Positions 14,266 to 31,049 of a DNA stretch of 64,000 nucleotides are shown one piece after another. Source of the stretch: Blasia pusilla. Its lineage: Eukaryota. A model generated the notes under the pieces. That model was not told the DNA's origin. It ran no database searches and worked only from the letters and a program-made list of their open reading frames with translations. Location of the stretch: positions 21,204,001 through 21,268,000 of the forward strand of contig CM114271.1 of assembly GCA_050084515.1 (NCBI GenBank). The letters run 5' to 3'. A program made the position numbers and the translations under genes. Numbering within the stretch: the first letter of the stretch is position 1; every line of letters starts with the position of its first letter.

Positions 14266-15334
14266 TCGAATTACAAAGAGAGAATAAGAGATTAAGAGCT
14301 CTACAATTCGGAAACTCGTTGGTGTCTCACTGTTATTGTAGGTTAGGGAATGTGTTCCTTGTTTAGCGGCTCAAGGGAGTGCTCACAAGAGCAAGGGCCG
14401 TTCATTTGAGTGTTTTGTCAAGAAGATTTTCCTACATGAGAGTGGCACACAGAAGCACTACCCAATTTTTGATAGATTTTGAGTAAGGGGACTAAGTTCT
14501 CCATACACCTTGAAGTCATGCACGTTGTTAAAGAAACGGTGGGCAATTTTGATATTGGAGCTCAAAATTCTGGTCTTTCTCATATTGTTGTCATAGCCAA
14601 CGTATGAAATTAGAAATTTTGAGATCTTGTAACTCCTTTTGGTGGAGTTAGAAAAATAAAAATCCTTTTATTTTAGTGCACAAGGCAAAGGAAAATTTTA
14701 TTTGAAGGTGGAAGTGAGTGAAAACTTTCTTTAGTGGGTGTTGATCCAAGGTTTGTGGGGCTTAGTGGAGTAGAAGCCAAATTTGACATAATTTTAGTGA
14801 GTTGATCCTCCTTTTTAAGGGGTTAATGGAGGGGGAAAAAAAAACAAAAGACATTGACTCGTGAATAAGGTAAAAATAGAGCCATGTTTACCCATGTATA
14901 ACATGATATAATTACCTTTGATTTTCATTGACCATCTATCGTTTAACCACCGTCATCTATGTAAGAATCGTCAACGTACTACCGCTCATCGCTTCTTTGT
15001 TATTGCCAATGAATGGGGTCAAGTTTTGAGTATGGTGTGCCATACAAAGTGATTGGTATCCCCTTCACGTTGATCGAGTGCTATGGTGTGACGCGTGTAG
15101 CCTCAACGCGCCACCAATTATCACGTCGTGCTGCTCGTGGCTGCACTACACCGTCTCAATCTCGGAGCTGTACCAGTACTAAAGAGTATAACATATATTG
15201 CCAATAGAGAAGGAGATTACGCTCCTTGTTGAATCCCATCATCAAGTGCCATGTCGTTTGTAGCCGTTCCATGCCGCCTGTACCGCATTGTGAATCGAGA
15301 TAGTATGAGTATCGTTAACATCGGGGGATTAAGA

Positions 15335-15687
15335 CTAACATCCTACTCAACATGTCATGTCATGTAATGACATGGAAAGTGTAGTTATGATTGAGTCATT
15401 TAAGACACGTGTTGTCCATCATTAGTGACTATAATATCATCTTCATGCCATGTCATACGCGAATGTGGCATAGTGACGTGGCACTCACACATGGTAGATT
15501 AGTCATATATCCATGACTAAGTAATCAATGACTAGAGTTATTTACCAATCGGGTAGCCCTGGTTATTTCCTCTAAATGACTTGGTTTATATGAATCTAGC
15601 GGTCATGAGTCATTCTTAGTCATTTACCATGAAAAATAACTCGACCTAGTCATTTTTTTGTCATAAAAACCAAGATTTCCTCTAGTG
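15335..15687. mobile_element. CACTA-type DNA transposon end fragment inserted in gypsy copy 1
   Basis: Ends in gatttcctctagtg (reverse complement CACTAGAGGAAATC) with repeated tagtcat/atgacta subterminal motifs. Absent from the homologous position of copy 2 (about 58005). Confidence 0.5.
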
Positions 15688-17490
15688 TTGCCAACTGGAG
15701 AAGTTTTCACTATGACCGAGTTGGGATCAAGGTTTGCAATTATTAAGGAGCAACATCGAAATTATTTTTAGGTCTCCTATTCTTGTCTTTTACCCTACAC
15801 ATGTGAGGGATCTTCCAGTATTCGATAGTTATTTGGGATGTTGGGGTTTATGCAAATGTTGAAAGCATCATTGATCTATATGGTTAGGGGATATAGACAT
15901 TTGTGGGATGTCTAGAGTTGAGGGTAAGCCATGTCGATGAGATGATATACCAATAGGAATTTTTTTGCATCACGTCGCTTATTGTCACACTACCTACATC
16001 TTAGTGGGAAGTAGTGAAGATTGAGTGTCGCATGTTTAGTTTTAGTGATTGAGGGATCGATAACTTATAACTTGCGAGGTTGAGAGTGATCGTGTGAGGG
16101 AGCATGAGGATCCTCAAGACGTCTTTTTGGGACTTTGAGAAACAAGCTGGTGTGCTTAAGAGTAGCTCTCGAGCTTTTACATGCATTGGTGCGAGGTTTT
16201 TTAAGTCTCCACATGAGGGAGAATCTCAACCTCTATTTGTGTCATTCCTAGATGAGGGAGAGGGCACATAGGAGTTTTTTAGTACGTCACCACACATATT
16301 GAGTGGTCATATCATTTGGTCGTATGAGATGGATAACCGGGGTAGAGGATACGTGGATTTTGGGAGTTGTGGGTACTATAGAGTAGCACAAATTCATTGC
16401 GGAATTTAGGAGTTGGTGTGACTCACAAAGGGCTGGGAACTCCACACAGTTCAACCCTTTCACAACATGGAACGGGATGTTCCAACAACTAGAGAGGGTA
16501 CCCATGGACTATTACCATGAGTTTTCCCATAGACATGCATCTGAGATTGACGCCTAGAGACTCTACTATGACCCACATTATATGTCATGGACTGAGCCAT
16601 TTCTAGATAAGAAGGAGTTGCTAGGGGAGTCCACTCCCTCTACTACTAATGAGAGTTAGGAAGGGGTGAGTCAAAGTGGGGCAGTTGCATTGTCCAGTCA
16701 TGTTCATCCTAGGTTTAACCCCATGGTTGAGTTCTTTGCAGAGTTGAGGAGGAACTATTAGGATGTATAGATTGAGAAGTTGCGAAGCATCCACGAGTTC
16801 TCTAGGCGCACAAGGAAGAGTTTATAGGAGCCATTTACTCATCTGCATCAATTGATTAGTGTCACTTAGGCAGTGAGAGAGGCCAGGGTTGTTTAGGCAT
16901 GGTACGGGATGCTAGAACGAGACCTGCAGAAATGGGTGAGGGATGCAATATTGCGAATACGCACCTCACCTACGTTGAGAGATGTCTTTGAGTGGTAGAA
17001 TGCATTGAGCGTAACATGGTCGAGGAGAGTGTAGTAGGCATGAGCCACGTGCGAAAGTAGTCACGATTATCTGAACCACCAATGCAGCAATATGGATTTG
17101 AGAGAGGATTATAGCATTGCGAGTTCAGGGAGATTATTCTGAGTATGTGCTATAACAACCCATGCCATCATATGCAGGTCAACAACATCCACTAGGAATT
17201 ATTTGTTGGGCATGTATAAGAGCCAATCGTCAGCATGATTGCATCTATTAGGATATTGGACGCATGCTCCAGCTAGGAGGAGTACATGGGCCTATACTAG
17301 GAGTATATCAATATGACCATTGCCAGTGTTATGGTCATACATGCGTTAGGTGTTTTAGCTTACACCTTGAGTTATGAACGGATTGAGGGACAGAGAGGGC
17401 ACCAAAGCAAGTTGGCGGTCCAGGGTGGGCCTAGAGGTCGTGTTGTAGAGGGAAGAGGAGTTGAATTTGCTTGTGGGGATGGTAGATATA

Positions 17491-20360
<2,870 letters not shown>

Positions 20361-22393
20361 GCTTTAGAGAGTCCTAAAAAAGTCATGATGGAGATTTGAG
20401 AGGCATATATAGGCCCTAATTTCATAAGAGGAGATGAGCGTCGGATACATCAACACCTTAAGAGTCATATGAGTTGTTTTTTATTTTGTATGTATGATTT
20501 GGTCACTATGAAGGGTCTAAGGATCCCCATTGAGTTTTCTAGTGACACTCTGAATTTTTTATGATCTTGCAAGTATAATGATATGGAGAGGGCCCTGATT
20601 AAAGTAGAAGCCAAGATAATGTTGGAGCAAAACTAGTGGAGACGTTGCATGGAGAGTATGCATTTGCTATTGTCATGCCCCCCAAGAAGGATAGGCATGA
20701 TAATTAGATGGATAGGCATATGTATGAAGACTACCGTACTATCAATTGGTTGATGAAGTCCGATAGGTGTGCTATGCCCACTTATGAGGAGATCTTTTAT
20801 GTTATTGGGCATTCAAATTAGGTCTTCCATTTTTTAGGTCTCTAAGTCGGATACCATCAATTGCTTATCAGATTGGAAGACAAGTAGAAGATAGAATTTT
20901 GGGGCATCAATCCAAATGGAAAGGATTGCTTGTATTAGTGGCGATTCTTACCATTTGGGTTAAAGAATGCCCCGAAAGAGTTTCAAAGGGTCATTGAGAA
21001 TCTTGGCATGTCTGGATTTTGCTAGATGTTATATTATGGCATCATAGTCTTTAGCACCACGATTAAGGAGCATGAGCAATTTTTGGAGGACATGTTTTGA
21101 CAATTGCACTAATATGGGCCGAAGCTACAATCAGGCAAGTGCAAGTTCTTCTACAACCACATTGAGTATTTGGGTTATATGATATATCCAAAGGATTTTG
21201 GTATTTATCTTAGGACATTCAACGAGAACGCAGATGGGTTGAGTTGTAACCCATGCCCGAGTCAACAAGATGTGACTAGAGCTCGTTGGCATGGAAATAG
21301 TGATGAGTTGATGGTGCTTGGATGATATACATCAACCTATTTGGGCTTGTTGGATATGGACAGTTAGAGTGTTGAGATTTCGATGTTGAGGTCTAATGGA
21401 AACCCTTTAGATCCAAAGTCCGGAGAGGAGGCAACAAGTGGTCAAAATATCCATGAAGATAGGGTAGTCTTTGAGTACCTCCACATCATCAACTTCACAA
21501 GAACAGGGGGTGCTAGAGAGCATGATTAGATTCTCTAGCGAGCCATACGGTTTTGGTGGGAGGGAATACTTGTGTTACGAGTTTGGGAGGATATATAATA
21601 TATCGGTGATGGTTGAGCACTTCTCAAAATGGATAGAGTTGGTAATGTTGCTTGACAAAGCAAGTAAGGAAGTATCATATACCTTCCTAGATCGAGAGTT
21701 GAGTCATTTTGGCGCACCATCTGAGGTGTTAACAGACCAGGTACAGAGTTTCATGGAGAGTTTCAGACCTTGTGCGATCATGCGTTGATCAACCACTACA
21801 ATGGTCTGCGAAATCATCTTGAGATGGATGGACTAGTAGAGAGAGTTTTTTGGATGATGAAGAGAGCTTTACGCAAGTTTGGCTTGTAGAGAGGTCACCT
21901 AGGAGATTGCAACCTACATTTGCAATAGTTGGCGATGGGATACAAATTAAGTAGATAGTCATCCTCAACATCTTTCTCACCATACTTGTTGCTTTATGGC
22001 CAAGAGCCTGATTTACCTATAGTCACTTGTTGTGATGTTAGTAAGGTGTTGAACCTCGATGATCTTGATAAATGGATGTGAGCATGTTATCATAGGGTTG
22101 AGTTATTTGAGAGAGTTATGCCCATGATGTTTGAGAACTTGGCGATTGCACAACATCGAGATATTGTGAGGTATGCGACTCTTCAAGGAGGTGATTATTG
22201 ATCGGCAATCCATAGGTTTCATTGGGGAAACTATATCTACTTGCAGAAGACGACATCTACAACATTGGATATGACCGTGGGGCGCACCATCTTGAGAGTA
22301 TCTGATGTATTTCCATCTAATGTTCTCTTATTGGAGAGACGCAATGATGGTATAATTGATTCAAGTTTAGTAGTAGTTCTTATAGGCTTGCGT

Positions 22394-22528
22394 TGTATGT
22401 TGTGTGGGTCTACCCGTCGTGCGACCACTATGCTAGTCTGTGATGGGTGTTTGAGACGGTAGCACATGGCATGTCTGACGCTACCTCTCACTAGGGTTAC
22501 TCAAGGATGATGGATGTGCCCTACATAT
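22394..22528 (+). pseudogene. PHD finger remnant at the C-terminus of the retrotransposon integrase region
   Basis: CMLCGSTRRATTMLVCDGCLRR*HMACLTLPLTRVTQG*WMCPTY fits C4HC3 PHD spacing, with two stops and the last Cys changed to Tyr. Confidence 0.85.
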
Positions 22529-22840
22529 ACATAGAGTAGAGACTAGGCAGTCATAGATCTAGACTTTTATTTGTGGCATAGATGACAAGAAGGCGACGAA
22601 CGATGGGGCCACATGCGCATCTTGCTTTTTTGCTCTTAGCGTCCTAAAGATGTATGTTATGGAAGATAGGGATAGATGGTTATCTAGAAGTAGAGGGACC
22701 TAACCACCAGTTAAGGGGCGATTGGAGATATTTTGGTACTCAATCGTAAAAAGTTTTAGATCTCATGAGTTAGTATGGTATCTTGTGTGTATGTGTATGC
22801 GTATGTGTCTGCTGACAGCGATATATAAGTGCACAACAAT

Positions 22841-23335
22841 TGTCACATCTTTGAGGATATATCAACGAGTTTTAGAAGAGTGTCTTCAAGGATACTAGAT
22901 AACAACCTTGAGAGGTTGAGGATAACCTTCTTAGGCTTTGGTTAACCTAAGAGAGCATATTCCCCTTTCATTTCGACTAATTTGAGCAATATATAAAAAA
23001 TCTTTCTATTTTGGGTAAGTTATTGTTAGGATTAGAGTTGATTTTTCACTTTGGGAAGTTGCTCTTAACCTCCTACAAAATATCAAGAGCCAAAGAGATG
23101 ACCTGCAAGCATAGGTTACTATGGAGAGAGTTTGGGAGAGGGAAGAGGATACACCCAAAGAGAAAGAGCTTTTTGAGCTCATTCTCTCTTTGTTGAACCT
23201 CTTGGCATGAGGTGGCGAAGCTATGATCTTGCTTGCCTTGTGAAAAATCCAAAACTTTCATTAGGAGAGTGGGATGGTTTGACAAGAGAGAGATGGAGTT
23301 AATGTTTGTATGCACATTCTAAGACATTTGAGTGC
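22841..23335 (+). repeat. Terminal repeat A (LTR-like), 3' copy, flanked on both sides by repeat B
   Basis: Aligns with 13765-14265. Repeat B (attgg.gatatttt..tactcaat...tatggtatcttgtgtg...ag.gat.t.ta.g.gca) lies at 22721-22838 and 23345-23470. Confidence 0.85.
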
Positions 23336-25199
23336 GTGTGATTTATTGGGGATATTTTTTTACTCAATTGTCTCGATTTTTAGATGGCACGTGTCAATAT
23401 GGTATCTTGTGTGCTTGTTTGTGTATTCGGTGGGAACGATGTATGTTGTATAGTGATGTGTATGCGCATGATTCTACCGATGTAGAGCATGCTCAAGGCA
23501 ATGGGTTTATATGGCGGGCTTAGATTATGGAAGCAACCGTTGCTAGAGGCCCTCTTATTTGCAATAATATTTCCTTAGCTTTTATTGATGCTTTTTCTAC
23601 TCTTGATGGGGTGAGATTTCAAGGGGTTTTCCGAGTTTCTTTGGCCCCATGCAAGTCAGACCTCAATATTCTCTAATTCTCTTTATTCCCCTTCATGTTC
23701 TTATCACATCTTAGTTAGTCGATAAGTAGAGTTCTACCGCGTCGATGACATAGAGGGTTAGGGGGTTATTCAAGTGTCACTTTGTCCTAAGATGTTGGAT
23801 GAGCTTGGCGACAAGTCCGTTGCGTCAAGAATATAATTTTTAACATTTTCCTATTTTGATCTTAGTCAGTCAAGTGACTCGTTGAATGAGTCAACAGTCA
23901 CACGGTAACCTATGCACGCATGTTACCGGTGGGATGACTATTTTTGGGAGAAGAGACTTTTGGCTTTTCCCAAGGCTATAAGAGAGGGAGAGATGGCTTT
24001 CTAAAGCCATTTTTCTTATGTTGGATCTTAAAAGCACCTCTCTTACTTGTATATGTAGGAACTAGGACGCTAGTGTCAAGATTTCCTCATATATATTTCC
24101 TCATAGGAGGATGGATGTGGCTCGATATGGCGATGTAAATTCAAGAGTGGATTTTTAGGCTGGGTAAGCCGTTTGTACTCTACTTATTTTTGTGCAGTCT
24201 TGGTGTATATGCATGAGTATATTTCGTTCATGGATGGATCGACTTTTGTGTTGGGAAGATCGGTATCGTGTGGTATGTAGATGTGACCAACGATGTCGAT
24301 TGTGTAGCGATGTATATGCGCACGACATTCTTATGATGAATATGTTCCCCCAATCTTATTTTAGTCAAGCATTGTATAGAATACTTCTTGCAATGGATAA
24401 TTCAAGGCCCAAAAAATTCACACATATGAATGGTTGAATTTATGTTAACCCCCGTAAAGCTTATATACAAAATTTTTAGTCCATCCATGTAGCGTCATTT
24501 GGAATATATGAGTAAACCATGCTCATTTAGTGCATTGGCCCCCATTTTTCATATTATAATTTTTTTTTGAGTATTCAATTTTGAAGTTATGGTAATGGAT
24601 ACCATATATTAAATTTCCCAGGAGAATAAAAATTTTTGATTGAGGGGTCTAGAAACAAATACTTGAAAAATGACAACGATGAAAAATAGAAATGGAAAAT
24701 TTTCCCAATTGAAGGGAAACATCAAATTCTTGCAAGTGAACTCTTTCCAAAAAATACCTCTTAGGATGAAAATCAAATAACATATTTTTTTAGAGATATT
24801 CCTATAATAAAAGTTGATAGAAGTTTGAAAATTTTGCCTTATGAAAATTTAAATGTGTGAAACCCTGGTATACACAAGTTCTAATGCTAGATTTTAATAT
24901 GTGTAGTTAACAATAATATTTTTTTAAATAAAAAACATTTATTTGAAAATTTAAGACTCTTCACTTGCCCATACATAAACATCCCAAATCTTTTAAATAA
25001 CTTTTTTATTTGATCAAAAGTAAACCTTATTCTCTATTTTGTCAAGGTCGCCCAACCAAATGCTAAAGACTAGATCAAGAATTTTAAGAAGTTGAGATAT
25101 ACATATACATTCGGTACTTTAGTCCTAATTAGCCTATCGTGTGGCAACATGCATATGCAACTCATCTAGCTCCAAATAATTGATTAACTTCATCTTGGC

Positions 25200-26930
25200 T
25201 AACACACTACCATACAATCCTTTGATTTTATTACATTACAAACGAGCAAATTTTACAAGACCGAACATTGCATAATGGTCATTAGGAATGAGAGTTGCAC
25301 GTTCGTCATCTTGCAAGTCTTTTTTCACATTTACGAATCTACTTTGTGGAAGCCATTTGCAAGTCGAATCTAGCTTGTTACTATCATGAACTTTGCAAGT
25401 AAGTTTCGAGTCATGTACATTTTATTTGAAAGTCTCGTAAGATTCCAAAGACTCGCAAACATCTCAAGTTGAGATTTATGAGTATGCCTCATAAACCAGA
25501 ACCAGGTATCACAACCTGCGACTACTAGCTAGGAGAAAACCTCTCACAATGCAAGAGTCTAGGTACACTTGCACACCACTCGCAAATGATTCACATGGCA
25601 CTCATAACAAAAATTTGCAAACCACTTGCAAAATACTTGCTTACCACTTGTAAACACACTCACAAATGAACTCACATAGGCACTCACAAACGGCATAAAC
25701 TCAACTATAAATTCCCATTTTGCCTCCAAACTACTATATTTTTGCTTTTCTTCCCAACTTTCCAAGACTCCTCTCCTCACCCCTAAAAAGATTTTTTATA
25801 GACCCAAAAAGTAGTCCAAATTGAGCGAAAAAGGAGTAGAAACCACATGCTTTGCAAGTGTAGAAAACCAAGACTTTGCAAATCCTATGCAAGTCCAAAA
25901 CCACTACTTTGTGGGTCCTTTGCAAGTGTAAAACCCCACCATTAAGAATCATTTTTTGTGACTTTGTAGCAACTTAATTATTTGCAGGTATTTTGTGGCA
26001 ATTTGCAAGTCAATTTTTGTGATAGCTCAAACTTGTAAAACCCCACAAATGACTTACAAAGCTAAAACAAATTTATGAGTCATTTAGGAGCATCTTATAA
26101 GCCTTTTGCAATTGAACTCGGATTGAATTGCGACTAAACTACGAGTTTATGAAAAAAGAAATCAAAAATTGTGTTGCAATTACAAGTTGTGAGTTCAATT
26201 CTCAAATTTGTGAGTGTAAGGATTGTAAAGTTGCAATTGTACTGCAACTATATTTTGGATCCCACAACACACAAAGTGATATGAATGTAGTAGTTAGAAT
26301 CATCCTATTATACTTATATTAGACTCACAAAGAATTCCTTTAATCTCACAAATCAAAGGTTTCTTTTTAAGAGTAAAGCAAATGTTTGCCAAATTTTTAA
26401 TTATGCACTTGGAAGTGGATCTTCTATCAAAGGCATTCTCGATCCAATTTGCACATGCATCATTAATACATAAGTTTAACTTCAAAAGCTCAAAAAATAA
26501 TTAAGGAAGTCGAAATTGAATTATAAACTTCATATACCATAAAATTTGTCTGACTTCATCCACTACAAGGGATGTTGAAGTGAACAAAGTCATTTTGTAA
26601 GTCCTATATTCTCATGGACTAGTACTTTGCGAGTAAGTATTTTTTTGGAATTTTTATCATATGATTATCTTACGAGTACATTATCACATAATTGAACAAA
26701 TGTTTATGAATGGGAATATTTTACTGAGTATTTTTTGAGTATTTCAAAAGTGTTCCAAATTTATGAATGCATAGAGCCGCAATTGACTCGCAAGATAATT
26801 TGCTAGTCCATTATGATTATAGCTCAAAAAATGGAAAATTTTTCAAATAACTTTTGCAAGTGTATGGACTCACAAAGAACTTATATAAGTATCCCTTGGA
26901 CTCGCAAAGGACTTATAAGGCACTTGCAAG
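25200..26930. repeat. AT-rich non-coding repeat rich in ttgcaagt/gactc motifs (probable non-autonomous DNA transposon)
   Basis: 25707-25875 matches the reverse complement of 31590-31665 and 31310-31410. Boundaries are approximate. Confidence 0.55.
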
Positions 26931-26949
26931 GTACTAATTCTCTATCAAG

Positions 26950-28680
26950 CTAGAGATATATATGAGTTGATGGAGTAGGGGCACCCCGTAGTGTACTAGG
27001 CAGTGGTAGGGGTTATGGTGTAGGATCAAAGGGCGGTTGTGGTGGTTGTAGATTTGGTGATGGTTAAGGACCCCTGATCACTACAGGCGGTTCGGTCGAC
27101 AATTACCTCTTTACCATGATGAAAAGGATGGATCAGTATATGGATGCCTTATTGAGATTGCATCATTCACCTAGTGTTGGGCTGGGTGGTGGTTTGACTA
27201 TGATGCCAAATAGTGATAATGAGTTAGCGAGTTTGGGTTTCATGTGTGGTGTCATATAGGTGAATACAAGCATTATTATGACTAGTAGTGTGGCTAGAGC
27301 ATCTCGACCATGAGGTGTTGATGTGGAGTTGGACCCATAATGAGGAGAGGTTGGTTGGAATAGGAAATAGCCATAGTCTTCTATATTATCAAAGATAGTG
27401 TTGATCCTATCAATAGGTCCTAGTTAAGTAATTTGGTTTCTAGTGAGGGATCAAGTAAATCAATTGCGCTATGAATTTGTTGATCGAGAGTTTAAGAGCT
27501 CAAGAGGAGCTATGACCAACTAGGTTTTTGGGTGCGGAGATGGCGGTGAGCCAATCATCTTTATTTTCAACCATGTATATGGTGATGTTGAATGTAGGGC
27601 CAACTAAGGTATTTGGATCAGAGGCCACACTCAATGAGAGCTATGGCATGATTCCATCTTATTTTGAGTTAGTGGAAGATGCAATGGTATCTCTGGGTGG
27701 GGAGGCGAGTATGCAATTGTCAATTTTGGCAAAAAAAGGAGGCATATGATAGGTAAAAATAACTTGGATGGAGGAGATAGTGCACAACTCGCAATTGAAT
27801 ATATGTAGGCTATCCCTATTTTTTGCCTTTCTTGTTTACTCAAAGGGTGTGGTTTGTTAGGTTGGGCCCTTTCATATGGTGTATAAACTAAATCGCATCC
27901 TCCATGACTCTAGAGCACAATCCTTAGTTGGGTCATGCAAAAAAATTGGATTTGGCATTTATTAAATACTAGTTGGAGAGGAATTCATTTTAGATTCTAA
28001 CAGCCCTTGGTAATTCTAGCATGCTACAATTCATGATGCGGCAAGAGTTTATGGTGAGGATGCATTTAAAGCATCCTTCCGAGAAATTGATGGCGAGGGC
28101 TTGAGTGATGGTGACCATCATTGATTTGCATGATATGCTTGTTGGTGGTGTGGTGTTGTGTCCCATGAGGTTCAATTTGGATTATCGGGAGAAGTAGGCC
28201 TCCTACCTCCTACAATTAACACAACTAGTTTATGACTACCAATCCGATTGGTAGTCATAAACTAGTTGTGTTAATTGTTTTTAAGTGCGTATGATTTGCA
28301 ATGTCAATGGTAAGTAGCGGGCTACCATAGCAAATATTATGGCATGTTGTTAAGGGATGAGTTGGGTTGATAATGTGTGGAAGAATTGATTGGTATCGGA
28401 ATGGGATTTGCTCACAATATACCATGTTGTAAAGATGATGTTGGTTGGTATGACACTATGTGTGGATTAGGGCTTAGTGGTGGGTCTATGTGAGTTGTTG
28501 CAACATATTATGGATCAATACATCATCCAAGCATGGAGTGAGCCCTTCTTCCAAGAAAGTGAGGAAATTATCAATTTATAGAGGTGAAGTGGGACAAGTA
28601 ATGTTGGTGCATTTTGGTATGTGGGATTTTTTGGTGGATTGTACGCGACCACCATATCCTTGTTAGAAGGGTGATACTTG
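26950..28680 (+). mobile_element. Strongly decayed gag-end/protease segment, probably of the same gypsy group as copies 1 and 2
   Basis: Remnant HDMLVGGVVLCPMRFNLDYREK*ASY (28130-28206) resembles the retropepsin C-terminal D-h-h-h-G motif; G/T-rich decayed coding sequence; possible FFGGL motif near 28625-28650. Confidence 0.5.
28212..28278. repeat. Perfect palindrome: 33-bp arms, 1-nt spacer
   Basis: acaattaacacaactagtttatgactaccaatc-c-gattggtagtcataaactagttgtgttaattgt. Confidence 0.97.
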
Positions 28681-28829
28681 TATGATGACAATATTTATTG
28701 GCAATAGAATAATATTTAAGAATATTCAAATATAGGGTGCATATTAGACATACGCCCTACCAAAGGAATATCTATGAATCCATGCAATAATAAATTGGGG
28801 AAAGGTTTAAATTAAGGCCCAAATTGACA

Positions 28830-30720
28830 AGAGAACCTCACATACTACATAATCTTCTTCACATCATAAAGATGAAATTTTTGAGCTACTTGCATAAACT
28901 GACTTACCAAGCTAATTAGGTAGCTCAAGTTTGGTTTGATCTAGAGTTCAATACTTTTCAAGTAAGTCAAACTTCCAATCATGTGCCTATATGTGTTACA
29001 ATGTGCAAACATTTCTCCCTCATCCACTGTCAACTTCACACTCTTGTCTAATGATATAAAAATTGGCTTACAAGATGTCATATCATATTCTAAGAGCATA
29101 TGAAGAGCAAAATCTATACTATTATTAAAGCCCACTTCTTCAATTTGAAACATCTCGTTGATTGATAGGTGGTATTTTAGAAAAATACAACTTTGACATG
29201 TGTCTTAGGATTCAAATTCAAAAATATATCTATGTATACATTTTGGCACGAATATATCTATAGGGCATACGATTAAACATCATGTATTGCATGGGCACAC
29301 TAACTAGTATTGTTGTAACCAAATGCGCTCACCAACTCTAATAAACTCAAACTAAGGAAATGTTTAAGCTTTCCTACATTTTTTTATATCAATTTCTATT
29401 TATAATTATTGGATAGTCACAATAAAAAATTCAACTACTTGATTTGTTATACCATATGCTCACTACTTTCCATAATCATGAGGTCATCAACATACAATAC
29501 GATCACAACAATATGACCTCAAGATACTTAATGAAGAATATTAATCATAAACTCTACAACCAAGCTTTTATAAGATATTGTAATCTTGCCACATCGAGCT
29601 TTTGGAACTTGGTTGAGTTCGTATGGAGCTTTGTTTAGTCTACATACGTGGAATGGAAATTCTAGATGCTCATATATAGGTGGTGAATAAGGTATATTTC
29701 TTCACGAAGATCTCTATTAAAAAATGCAATCTTAACTTCCATATGATATTATCTCCACTTCGTCATCACTATAATTATAACCAATGTTCTCTTTATCATC
29801 ATCTTAATTACATGGCTAAATGTGTTTTTATAGTCCATACCATATTATTGTAAGACTACCTTTCAATTTGGCAACAATTGGACTTATATCTAACATTCAA
29901 ATATACTCTGCTAATTAACATATATCGATTGTGATCAACATATGCATTAGATGATCTATCTTATGAATTTTAGAAAATCTTTGTATAAATAATTAGACAC
30001 ACAAAATTAAAATTCCCTTTAGATAGAAAAAGATATTTATAAAGACAAAACCTTTTAGTCTTCTAATATTCAATTCACTGCTCATATGGCTCAAAAAACA
30101 AATATATATGAGATATGCTTCGAGTAAAGATATGAGAGTTAAGACTCAATAAAAATATAAAATATTTGATCTCTATATTAATTATAGTTCACTCTTAAAC
30201 CAAGAGACAACAAACGCAATACGCGAACATAACCTTGTTGCAATAAATTGCAAATCCCACTTCCAAGGTCTGTAATACATTATCCTTGACGAAGCTTCAA
30301 ATAATCCTCCTTAAGGATATAGCCCCCTTCAACAATTCATGAAAATTTGTATGAATATATTAACACTCTATTCAACATACCACTATTATTATGGAGTACA
30401 CTATATACTCTCTTCAACTAATTCTACACCTCATCCTCTAATCATAAAAAAGATATGTGGTCAACAAGGAAAAACATGTAATGAGAGATCCAACCCTATG
30501 ATAATATCCAACCAAAACCTCATTATCTCAAGAAGGACACACTACATGCATGACATTCACTAATGTGTCACCTAAGACTATAGGATGATATGTATACATA
30601 AGTCACCTCTAAAGTAGCATATCACATGAACTCTCTAAGCCTTGAAGTAATCTTGCTTAACTCTCTCTAGAGAGTCATGATATATCCCTGAACCATTCAA
30701 ATTACTTATTAATACAAGAG
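28830..30720 (-). mobile_element. Decayed Ty1/copia remnant (RT and upstream fragments)
   Basis: VVIVLYVDDLMI at about 29475-29510; HVCRLNKAPYELNQVPKA; MTSCKPI...YRHMIGSLTYL at 28950-29100. The upper boundary is uncertain. Confidence 0.75.
29150..29307 (+). mobile_element. Short Helitron-like fragment interrupting the copia remnant
   Basis: Degenerate 3' hairpin catgtattgcatggg followed by ...aactag|t, the usual Helitron 3' signature. Confidence 0.35.
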
Positions 30721-31049
30721 AAATTTCCAAGTTGAGAAATTAAATTGAAAACTCATGTGCGAGTATTAATTAGAAATAATAAATAGAATTTTTACCTAAA
30801 TATAAGAATACTTCTCATGGCACTTAGAATGCATTTGAATATCCCTTAGTTTCCAAACTAATTATCTAGTATTACTAGAATAATTTTTTTTTGATAATTA
30901 GAAATAAAATTATAGATTCTTTATTAAAGTAAAACATTCATGGATCGTATTCATAAACCATTCAAGTAACTCCTTAATATAAAAAAAGATTTTAGAGCTT
31001 AATAACGAACTTGTGAATCCTTTTTATGAGATCTTTTTAATTTGATCTT

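Noticed and set aside
23481-24327. Solo LTR (TG...CA) ending in a B-like motif
   Set aside because: No matching target duplication, and similarity to B2 seems to extend past the CA, so the boundaries cannot be defended.
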